64,000 bases of DNA, taken from Bryobacterales bacterium. Its GTDB lineage: Bacteria; Acidobacteriota; Terriglobia; Bryobacterales; Bryobacteraceae. Shown one piece after another: positions 40,991 to 49,853 of this stretch (positions are counted from its first letter, which is position 1; every line of letters begins with the position of its first letter). A program made the translations under genes and the position numbers. The notes under the pieces were generated by a model. The model saw nothing but the letters and a program-made list of their open reading frames with translations, was not told the DNA's origin and ran no database searches. The stretch covers positions 328,938 through 392,937 of the forward strand of contig CAWBWU010000011.1 in the NCBI GenBank assembly GCA_963792655.1. The letters are read 5' to 3'.

Positions 40991-41103
40991 CGGCTCTGTA
41001 AAGTCGGGCTCGGAAGATAGAGGCAGGTTCAAGTGATAGAGCGAGGATATGGGAGCGAAGCGCCTCCAGACCATACAGGCTGGTTCGCTAAACTGGTAAA
41101 TCA

Positions 41104-42791
41104 ATGCGCGTTGCGCTGGGCCAAATCAATCCAACTGTCGGTGATCTTCCGGGTAACGTGAACCGGATGATCGACTTCTCTCGCCGCGCGGCCGAAGGCG
41201 GGGCGGAGCTCATCGTCTTCCCCGAACTTTCGGTGTGCGGTTACCCGCCGCGTGATCTGGTCGAGAAAGCCACGTTCGTCTGCCGCAACCGGCAGGAACT
41301 GGAGCGGCTGGCGCGCGAAACGGCTGCGTTGAACATCGCGATCGTGACCGGCTATGTAGGCCCAAGCGATGCGGCAACCGGGAAGAAAGTTACCAACCGC
41401 GCGGCTGTCCTGCGAGGCGGCCAGGTGATCTTCGAGCAGATCAAAATTCTGCTGCCGACCTATGACGTCTTCGACGAAGCGCGCTACTTCGTCCTCAGGC
41501 GGTCCACGCGCGATCTGGCAGGATGGCAGCCGCCATGTTGCCGTCGCCATATGCGAAGACGCCTGGAACGATAAGCAGTTCTGGGAGCGCCGCCTCTACT
41601 CGCGCGATCCCGTAGAAGAGCTGATGCAGCTCGGCGGAGACCTGCTGGTCAGCATCAACGCGTCTCCCTTCAACATGGGCAAGCGCGTTCCCGGCGTGAG
41701 ATGTTCCGAAGGCCACGGCACGGCGCTACAAGGTTCCGGTGGATCGTGGTGAATCAGGTGGGCGGCAACGATCAGCTCGTGTTCGACGGTTCGAGCTTCG
41801 CGATGAATGCGGAAGGCGAAGTGATCGCGACCGCGGCTTCGTTTCGAGAAGACCTGGTGTTTGCCGATATCGATACCAGCGCAAGGCGATCACCATGCCG
41901 GCTTCCCCGACGAAGCACGAAGCCGTATACGAAGCGCTGGTGCTTGGCACGCGCGACTACATCCGCAAGTGCGGATTCTCGAAGCGTGCTGATCGGGCTT
42001 GAGCGGCGGCATCGATTCCTCGCTCACGGCGGCCATCGCGGTCGATGCGGTGGGGCGCGAGAACGTGATCGGCGTCGGCATGCCCGGGCCGTTACTCCTC
42101 CGACGCACAGCGTGAGCGATGCGCGCGCACATGGCGCAGAACCTGGCGATTCGCTTCGAGATCTTGCCGATCAACGCAGCTCTACGACGATTTCGTGCGC
42201 ACGTTGGACCCGTTGTTCGCGGGCTGCGCGCCGGACGTGACGGAAGAGAATCTGCAATCGCGGTTGCGCGGCGTGACGCTGATGGCGCTCTCGAACAAGT
42301 TCGGCGCGCTGGTGCTGACCACCGGCAACAAGAGCGAGATCGCGGTCGGCTACTGCACGCTCTATGGCGATATGTGCGGCGGGCTGGCGGTCATCAGCGA
42401 TGTGCCGAAGACGCTGGTCTATGAGCTTTCGCGCATCGCGAATCAGCGGCATCCGCGGCGCGATTCCCGAAACGGTTTTCACGAAGCCGCCTTCGGCGGA
42501 ACTGCGCCGGATCAGAAGGACACCGATTCGCTGCCCGCCTACGAGGTGCTCGATGCCGATTCTGCGCGCTTACATCGAAGAGATACGCAGGCGCCGCAGC
42601 AGATCGCGGATGAACTGCATCTGCCGCTGGAGCTGGTGCAGGATATCGTCAACAAAGTGGATCGCAACGAATACAAGCGCCAGCAGGCCGCGCCCGGCCT
42701 GAAGGTCACCACGAAGGCGTTCGGCATCGGACGCCGCTTTCCGATCGCGCAAAGGTATTCAGACCGAATGAAACATGCTTTATCTGACTAG
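41104..42791 (+). pseudogene. nadE: Glutamine-dependent NAD+ synthetase; at least 10 frame breaks in this sequence
   Basis: CN-hydrolase part (MRVALGQINPTVGDL..., VAVAICEDAWND, VNQVGGNDQLVFDGSSF) and synthetase part (GLSGGIDSS after a frame hop, TTGNKSEIAVGYCTLYGDMCGGLAVISDVPKT, KPPSAELR, NEYKRQQAAPGLKVT) are scattered over all three + frames. Confidence 0.85.
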
Positions 42792-42799
42792 TCGGGCGC

Positions 42800-45240
42800 G
42801 TGTTATGCGCTGGCCGCGGCCGTCGCTGGTGTCTCAGACCTCGCAGCCGTCGCGCGGGAACAGGTCGGGCCTGCAGGCGGACGGCGGGTTTCTGCTGAAC
42901 AGCGGATGGCGCGTCAAGCCGGCAGGCACGCAGGTCCCGGTGGACACGCTGCCAATGTCGTCCGCTGCTGTCGCCCGATGGGAAGATACCTGCTGGTGCT
43001 GAACGGCGGCTACAACCCGCCGATCGATCAGCGTCATCGACATCGCAGCGACGCGGGAAGTTTCGCCGAACACGCGTGCCCGACGCGTGGCTGGGGCTGG
43101 CGTTTGCTCCGAAGGGCGACAACGTTTACGTCGGCGGCGGATCGACGGCGGCGGTTTTCGAGTTTGCGTTTCGACAACGGCGAGGCTGACGCGCGGCGCA
43201 CGTTGACCTGGTGCCGGCTGCAAGCAGACGCAGCCGCAGAGATTTCATTGGCGACGTGGCGGTCTCGCCCGATGGCGACATGATCTACGCGGCGCAATCT
43301 GTTTCACGATGCGGTGCGTGGTGATCAATCCGCAGATCCGGCGCGGTGATCGAGACGCTTCAAGACGGGCCGCCGGCCGTATCGCATTCTGTTTCATCCC
43401 GACGGCAAGTCATTCTTCGTTTCGAGCTGGGCCGACGGACGGTCATCGAGGCATCATGCAGCCGACGGCGGCGTGATGCTCGACGATTCGCGTGGGCCCG
43501 CACACGACGGACATGTTGGAGTGAAGGCCCGTGGCGATGACCGGAGTCACCGCGGCTGTTCGTGGCGGCTGCGAACACCAACAACGTCTACGTGCATCGG
43601 CGTGCCGAACGATCGGGCAGATGACGCAGGCTGGAAACGATCAATCTGGCGATGACTCCGCTGCAGCCGCTCGGCATGACGCCGTCCGCACTGGGATTCA
43701 GCGCGGACAGACAAAGCTCTCTACGTGGCGTGCTCGGACGCGAATGCGGTGGCGGTGGTCGATATCTCGAGGCGAGCGCAGCGTTGTGCCGGATTCATTC
43801 CGACGGGCTGGTATCCAACTGCGGTGCGCGGGCTTGCCGACGGCCGCATTGCGATTCTGAACGGGCGCGGGCTGCGTTCGTTCCCGAATCCCGAGCGGGC
43901 CGAACCCGACCAAAGGCGTCGGAACGTTCGCATGAAGGCGATCGCGCGGATCGAATATGTCGGGCAAAATGCAGCAGCGGGACCGTCAGTTTCGTTGACT
44001 CGCCGGACGATCGCGCAATGGACTGGACGTACACCAGCGACCGCTGACTCGCGCATATCGCGACTACAACGATGCCAAGCTGCAGACACCGGTCGTACCG
44101 CTGCCGCAATCGCCGATTCAGCACGTGATCTACATCGTGAAGGAGAACCGCACCTACGATCAGGTGCTTGGGCGAATGAAGCGTGGCAACGGCGACCCGT
44201 CGCTGGTGCTGTTCGGCGAGAAGGTCACGCCGAACCAGCACAAGCTCGCGCGCGAGTTCGTGCTGTTCGATAACTTCTACGTCAATGCAGACGTGAGTGC
44301 CGACGGACACAACTGGTCCACCGCGGCCATCGCGCCGGACTACGTGCAGAAGATGTGGCCGAACAGTTATGCCGGCGCGCCGCAAGACTTACGACTATGA
44401 AGGCGGCGAGCCGGCCGACGCTCCCGCCCGCCGGCTATCTGTGGACCAACGCCAAAGCGGCGGGAATCACCATGCGCAACTACGGTTACTTCGTCAACAA
44501 CAAGCCGCTTGCGCAGGCGGGACCCGATGGCGCGCAGATCGCAGGCGTGCGCGACCCGGCGCTGGCCGCGTGACGAACGCGAAGTATCGCGGCTTCGATC
44601 TGGATTATCCGGATGTCGAGCGCGCCAAGGTGTTTCTGAGCGACCTCGCAGAGTTCGAAAAGTCTGGCAGCATGCCGCAGTTGATGTTCCTGCGCCTGGG
44701 CAACGATCACACCTCGGGCATTACGCCGGGCAAGATCGCCCCGCTCTCAGCGAACGCGGACAACGACTACGCGCTGGGCATGATGGTGGAAGGCGTATCG
44801 AAGAGCCGCTTCTGGGATCAGACCGCAATCTTCATCCTCGAAGACGATGCGCAGAACGGGGCCCGATCACGTGGACTCGCACCGGTCCCCCGCGTTCGTG
44901 GTGTCGCCGCTGCTGAAACACGGCGTGGTCGACAGCACGATGTACAACACGACATCGATGCTGCGCACGATCGAGATGATCGTCGGGTTGCGTCCCATGA
45001 CGGTGTTCGATGCCGGTGCGCGAGCAATGACGGCGGCGTTCACCAACACGCCCGATGCGCGGCCATTCACCGCTGTGAACCGCCGTCCACGCCGCTGGAT
45101 GCGCGCAACCCTGCGAACCCGAACGCCAAGAAACTGGATCTCGAAGCCGAAGACCTTGTCGATGATGACGAGATGAATCGCATGTTATGGGCGGCCATTC
45201 GCGGCAATCAGCCGATGCCGGCGCCCGTCAGGAGTATTGC
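42800..45240 (+). pseudogene. YncE-type beta-propeller / phosphoesterase (PF04185-like) fusion protein; at least 12 frame breaks (ends approximate)
   Basis: Collinear conserved fragments in three frames: GWRVKPAGTQVPVDTLPMSS, FHPDGKSFFVSSWADG, DANAVAVVDISRRAQRCAGFIPTGWYPTAVRGLADGRIAILNGRGLRSFPNP, IQHVIYIVKENRTYDQVLG, DVSADGHNWSTAAIAPDYV, MFLRLGNDHTSG, ILEDDAQNG, PDHVDSHRSPAFVVSP. Confidence 0.75.
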
Positions 45241-45250
45241 AAGCCGCTCA

Positions 45251-47356
45251 ATGCCCCGCATCCACTTGTGCTTTCTCTGGCACATGCACCAACCGTTTTA
45301 TAAAGACCTGCTCTCAGGAGAATACAAACTGCCGTGGACGCGCTTGCATGCGCTGAAGGATTACTACGGCATGGTGCGGATCCTCGAAGAGTTTCCCGGT
45401 ATCCGGCAGACGTTCAACCTGGTGCCTTCGATGATGGTGCAGGTGGAAGAGTACGCGGCCTCGGCTGCGCGTGATCCGTTTCTCGATTGCGCGCTGAAGC
45501 CTGCCGAGTACTTGACTGCGGACGATCAGGCGTTCCTGCTCAAGAATTCTTTCCACGCGAACCCGGGCCGCATGATCTATCGCTATCCGCGCTATGGCGA
45601 ACTGTTCCAGGCGAGCAAAGCGCAACAGCAGACCGCGAGCACGAAATCCGTTTTCGGCGTGCAGGAGTTTCGCGACCTGCAAGTGCTCTCGCAGATCGCG
45701 TGGTTTGACGAAGAGTGGCTCGAGCATGATGCCGACGTGCGCCGTCTGGTCGAGAAGGGTCGCGACTTCACGCTGGATGACCAGGCATTGCTGGGCCGCA
45801 AACAGACTGAGCTGTTGGGTGTTGTGATCCCGGAGTACAAGAAACTGGCGGCGACGGGGCAGATCGAGATTTCGACAACGCCGTATTACCACCCCATTCT
45901 GCCGTTGTTGTGCGATTCGAACATTGCGGCGACCGCGCATCCTGACGTGCCGCTGCCGCGCAACTTCAAGTATCCCGATGACGCGCGCAAGCAGTTGCAG
46001 ATGGGCCGCGACTACATCGAGCGAACGTTCGGCGTGGCTCCGGTGGGACTCTGGCCGTCAGAAGGTTCCGTTTCCGACGAGGTATTTCAGATCGCGGCGC
46101 AGACCGGCTTCAAGTGGGCCGCCACCGATAACGGCGTTCTCGATCGCACGCTCGGTCGCGGCGCTGGAGTGGACGGCACCTATCGGCCGTACCGCTGGCA
46201 ACAGGGCGACGACTCGATGCAGGTGATCTTTCGCGATCACGTGCTGAGCGATCTGATCGGCTTCGTCTATTCAGGCATGGACGCGCGCGAAGCTGCCCAC
46301 GACTTTCTGAACCGCATCCGCGACAACTGCCGCAGCATGCTGAACGCCGGACGCGAAGCACTGGTGCCGATCATCCTGGATGGCGAGAACGCGTGGGAGT
46401 ATTACGACCGCAGCGGCCGCCCGTTCTTTCGCGAATTGTACGAGGGCATCCTGAACGACTCCGACATGCATGCGGTAACGGTCAGCGAGGCGTTTCAGTT
46501 GATGCCCTCCGACCCGCTGGACCATATCTTTCCGGGCTCGTGGATCAACGCCAACTTCGACATCTGGATCGGGGCCGAAGAAGATAATCGCGCGTGGGAA
46601 TTTCTGCTGGAAGCGCATCGCGTTTACGATCAACACAAAGACCAAGTCAGCCCCGAGAAGCGCGCGCTGGCTTACGAAGAACTGCTCATCGCCGAAGGTA
46701 GCGACTGGTGCTGGTGGTATGGCCCGGAGCACGATTCTGCGCATCGCGAAGACTTCGATCAACTCTTCCGCAGCCACATTGCGAACATCTATCGTGCGCT
46801 GGAACTCGCGCCGCCGGCAGAACTTTCACAACCGATTCTGCGCGTCTATGTGAACGAGTCGCACACGCCGCCTACGGGCGCGCTCTCGCCGGTGATCGAT
46901 GGCGTGGTGACTTCGTACTTCGAATGGCTGGGCGCGGGTGTTTACCGCGTCGGCACGCGCTCGGGCGCCATGCACGGCAAACGGTTCCTGATCCATGATC
47001 TGCAGTACGGCGCGGATCACAAGCACCTCTACGTTCGCGTCGAGTTCCTGCCCGGCACCGAAGACCTGTTGAGTTCCCTCGACGTTCGCCTGGGCGTGAT
47101 CGGCGATGGCGGGACGGAGTGCAAAGTGACGGTGCGCATCGCAGGCGGGCACGCGACCGTGCAGGAAGGCGCGGGCGTGCAGTGCGCGTTTAAGCAGATC
47201 CTGGAGATCGCAGTTCCGGTCTCACGAGATGGCCGCCCAGTGACCGATATCCGCTTTCACGCGAGCTTCTGGCACGGCGGGTTGCCGATCGAAGCGGTCC
47301 CGGCACAAGGATGGCTCAGCGTTTCTACTGCTGAATCGGTGGAGTGGACGGCCTGA
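45251..47356 (+). CDS. GH57-family glycoside hydrolase (alpha-glucan branching/amylase-like)
   Basis: MPRIHLCFLWHMHQPFYKD N-terminus, LPWTRLHALKDYYGM, ISTTPYYHPILPLL, DGENAWEYY. The 1019-aa ORF 44297..47356 is this gene plus upstream pseudogene sequence in the same frame. Confidence 0.85.
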   Translation: MPRIHLCFLWHMHQPFYKDLLSGEYKLPWTRLHALKDYYGMVRILEEFPGIRQTFNLVPSMMVQVEEYAASAARDPFLDCALKPAEYLTADDQAFLLKNSFHANPGRMIYRYPRYGELFQASKAQQQTASTKSVFGVQEFRDLQVLSQIAWFDEEWLEHDADVRRLVEKGRDFTLDDQALLGRKQTELLGVVIPEYKKLAATGQIEISTTPYYHPILPLLCDSNIAATAHPDVPLPRNFKYPDDARKQLQMGRDYIERTFGVAPVGLWPSEGSVSDEVFQIAAQTGFKWAATDNGVLDRTLGRGAGVDGTYRPYRWQQGDDSMQVIFRDHVLSDLIGFVYSGMDAREAAHDFLNRIRDNCRSMLNAGREALVPIILDGENAWEYYDRSGRPFFRELYEGILNDSDMHAVTVSEAFQLMPSDPLDHIFPGSWINANFDIWIGAEEDNRAWEFLLEAHRVYDQHKDQVSPEKRALAYEELLIAEGSDWCWWYGPEHDSAHREDFDQLFRSHIANIYRALELAPPAELSQPILRVYVNESHTPPTGALSPVIDGVVTSYFEWLGAGVYRVGTRSGAMHGKRFLIHDLQYGADHKHLYVRVEFLPGTEDLLSSLDVRLGVIGDGGTECKVTVRIAGGHATVQEGAGVQCAFKQILEIAVPVSRDGRPVTDIRFHASFWHGGLPIEAVPAQGWLSVSTAESVEWTA

Positions 47357-47357
47357 G

Positions 47358-47984
47358 CTAGAGCCGTTCGTGAGTGGGAACGGAGCGCAATTGCGCGTCT
47401 TCGAGGCGCTTGGTTTCCTGCCACGTGTAGATCATGCGGTGGATCACCGTGAGGTTCGACAACACCGCCATGACCCACAACACTGCGCCCATGCGGTTGA
47501 AGAGAGCGCCGATGATCACGAGCACGACACGCTCGGGGCGCTCGAGAAAACCTACCTTGCATTTCGGGATGGTGTTTTCGGCCCGCGCGCGCGAGTAGCT
47601 GATCATCACCGAACCGGTCATCACCAGTGCGGTGAGCACGATGTAGAAGAAGCGGTCGATGCGCGCATAGTAAACCAGCAAGCCCATCAACACCGCGAGG
47701 TCGGAGTAGCGATCGAGAACCGAATCGAAGAACCCGCCGAAGCGTGTCACACGATTGGTTTCGCGCGCGACTCGGCCGTCGACCATATCGAACAAGCCGG
47801 CGCCCAGCACCACCAGACCAGCCTTCAGAAAATTACCGCGTCCGAACTCGACGGCGGCCCAGATGTTGATCAGCAGCCCGATAAACGTCAGTACGTTCGG
47901 GTGAATGCGGGACAGGGCGAGTGCACCAACGATGGCGTTGATGATCTTGCCGAAGAACCAACCAATCCCGCGCGTAATCGTCAT
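47358..47984 (-). CDS. CDP-alcohol phosphatidyltransferase family protein
   Basis: Motif DMVDGRVARETNRVTRFGGFFDSVLDRYSD (D-x2-DG-x2-AR...G-x3-D-x3-D); multiple TM segments. Confidence 0.85.
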   Translation of the reverse strand: MTITRGIGWFFGKIINAIVGALALSRIHPNVLTFIGLLINIWAAVEFGRGNFLKAGLVVLGAGLFDMVDGRVARETNRVTRFGGFFDSVLDRYSDLAVLMGLLVYYARIDRFFYIVLTALVMTGSVMISYSRARAENTIPKCKVGFLERPERVVLVIIGALFNRMGAVLWVMAVLSNLTVIHRMIYTWQETKRLEDAQLRSVPTHERL

Positions 47985-47989
47985 AGGTA

Positions 47990-48460
47990 CTAACCGGCCA
48001 GTTCGTGAACAGTCGTCAGCTTGACGATCTCAAGCTCTTTCTGGCCCCCGGGAATTTGCACTTTTACGGTATCGCCAACGGATTTGTTGAGCAAGCCCCG
48101 GCCGATGGGTGAGCTGGTCGAAATCTTTCCGGCAGCGGCGTTGGCGTCCTCCACCATCACCAGCGTGTAGGTAATCTCTTCGTCCTTGGCGGTGTCGAGC
48201 ACGACAACTTCGGAGCCCAGACCCACACGGTCGTGCGGAATCTTGGTGAAGTCGATCATCGCCACTTCGCGCAGCCGGCTCTTCAATTGAATCAGACGCG
48301 CATTGACCATGCCCTGGCGCTCTTTGGCCGCGTGATACTCGGCGTTCTCGCTCAGGTCGCCATGTTCCCGCGCCTTCAGGATCTCTCTGGGGAGTTCGGT
48401 CCGCATCTCGTGCTCGAGCACGGCTATCTCGTCTTGCAATCTCTTCTTCAAATCGTTCAT
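47990..48460 (-). CDS. greA: Transcription elongation factor GreA
   Basis: Coiled-coil N-terminal domain (DLSENAEYHAAKERQ) and C-terminal globular domain (ISTSSPIGRGLLNKSVGD). Confidence 0.9.
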   Translation of the reverse strand: MNDLKKRLQDEIAVLEHEMRTELPREILKAREHGDLSENAEYHAAKERQGMVNARLIQLKSRLREVAMIDFTKIPHDRVGLGSEVVVLDTAKDEEITYTLVMVEDANAAAGKISTSSPIGRGLLNKSVGDTVKVQIPGGQKELEIVKLTTVHELAG

Positions 48461-48488
48461 CGAACGATGGCAACTCCCTAGCCCATGA

Positions 48489-49853
48489 TTATAACGGCTG
48501 CAACTCTCCCATGAGCGTCGGCAGCAGTTCCGAAACGGTTGGATGGATGTGCACTGCCCTTTGCAGCACCGATGCGGGCTGCCGCGCGTACATCAAATCC
48601 AGAATGCAATGGATCACTTCATCGCACTCCACGCCCAGCAGCGCGGCCCCCAAAATCTGCTTGTTTTCCGCGTCGACCAGCACTTTCAGAAAACCTGCGG
48701 TCTCGCCCTTTTCAACCGCGCGGGAGACTCGCGTCATCGCCCGCTTGCCCATCAACGCTGGCCGTCCGGTCGCGCGCACTTCCCGTTCGGTCATCCCGCA
48801 GCGGCCAAGCGGTGGGTCGGTGTAGATGTTGTAAGCCGTAATGCGATCGCTTACCTTGCGAGGATCATGGTCAAAAAGATTTGCCGCAACAATCTCGAAA
48901 TCGTTATATGAGGTGTGAGTGAACGCGCTCTTGCCCGTGCAGTCACCCATCGCCCAGATGCCGGGCACCGACGTTTCGAGCACGTCATTCACTTCGATGA
49001 AGCCATGTTGGTCGCGCTTGATACCGGTGTTCTCTAAACCGAGATCATCTGTGTTGGGCATACGGCCGAGAGCAACAAGCAGATGCGATCCGTTCGCCTC
49101 GCCGCCATTCCAGGCAACATGAACGCTTTCGCCGCGCTTCTCGATTTCGGAGATCGCAGCACTAGTATGGATGCGAACTCCTTCGCTTTCGAGAATCTCG
49201 CTGAGCGCCACCGAGACATCTTGGTCCTCGCGGCTCACAATTCTGTCACTGCGTTCAATGACAGTGACTTCGCTGCCGAAGCGCCGGTACATTTGCGCAA
49301 ACTCGAGGGCAATGTAGCTGCCGCCGAGAATCACCAGATGCTGCGGCAGGAAATCGACGTCCATCATGGTGGAGTTCGTCAGAAACGGAACACCGCGCAG
49401 GCCAGGAATCGGAGGCACAGATGCGCGGCCGCCTACATCCAGAAAGATTCTGGGCGCGGTGAGTTGCCGGTCGCCCACTCGAATGACGTGGTCTGATTCG
49501 AAGCGCGCGTGATCGTGAATGATGGCTGCGTCTTTCAAGCCGCGCAAACCATTCTCCACACCTTCGCTGGAGGCGCGCACCACGGTATCTTTGCGCGCTT
49601 TCACTTTTTGCATGTCGACGCGTACAGGACCGGCGAGTTCCACGCCGAAATCAGCGGCGCGGCGCGCGACATGAGCGGTGCGCGCACTCGCGACCAGCGT
49701 CTTGGTCGGGATGCAGCCGGTGTTCACGCACGTTCCACCGAATCGGTTGCGCTCGACGAAAGCGATGCGCATGCCCTCGCGCACCAGCCGCGCAGCCAGC
49801 GAAGGCGCCGCTTGACCGGCGCCGATCAGGATCGCGTCGAAAGCTTCCGGCAC
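48489..49853 (-). CDS. Class I pyridine nucleotide-disulfide oxidoreductase (MerA/RclA/dihydrolipoyl dehydrogenase-like)
   Basis: GAGQAA FAD fold, redox-active GGTCVNTGCIPTK, dimerisation domain HIHPTVSE. No C-terminal Cys pair. GTG start overlaps the protease stop by 1 nt (TAGTG). Confidence 0.85.
   Translation of the reverse strand: MPEAFDAILIGAGQAAPSLAARLVREGMRIAFVERNRFGGTCVNTGCIPTKTLVASARTAHVARRAADFGVELAGPVRVDMQKVKARKDTVVRASSEGVENGLRGLKDAAIIHDHARFESDHVIRVGDRQLTAPRIFLDVGGRASVPPIPGLRGVPFLTNSTMMDVDFLPQHLVILGGSYIALEFAQMYRRFGSEVTVIERSDRIVSREDQDVSVALSEILESEGVRIHTSAAISEIEKRGESVHVAWNGGEANGSHLLVALGRMPNTDDLGLENTGIKRDQHGFIEVNDVLETSVPGIWAMGDCTGKSAFTHTSYNDFEIVAANLFDHDPRKVSDRITAYNIYTDPPLGRCGMTEREVRATGRPALMGKRAMTRVSRAVEKGETAGFLKVLVDAENKQILGAALLGVECDEVIHCILDLMYARQPASVLQRAVHIHPTVSELLPTLMGELQPL

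Noticed and set aside
40941-41034. 33-codon ORF (MERVGHVTSKNPLHCCRGSV...) spanning the 18-bp hairpin
   Set aside because: It has no RBS, it is composed of the hairpin arms, and its composition is not coding-like.
44297-45250. N-terminal 318 codons of the 1019-aa ORF as an extension of GH57
   Set aside because: This stretch alternates between conserved phosphoesterase segments and out-of-frame Arg-rich text. GH57 homology starts at MPRIHLCFLWHMHQPFY (45251).
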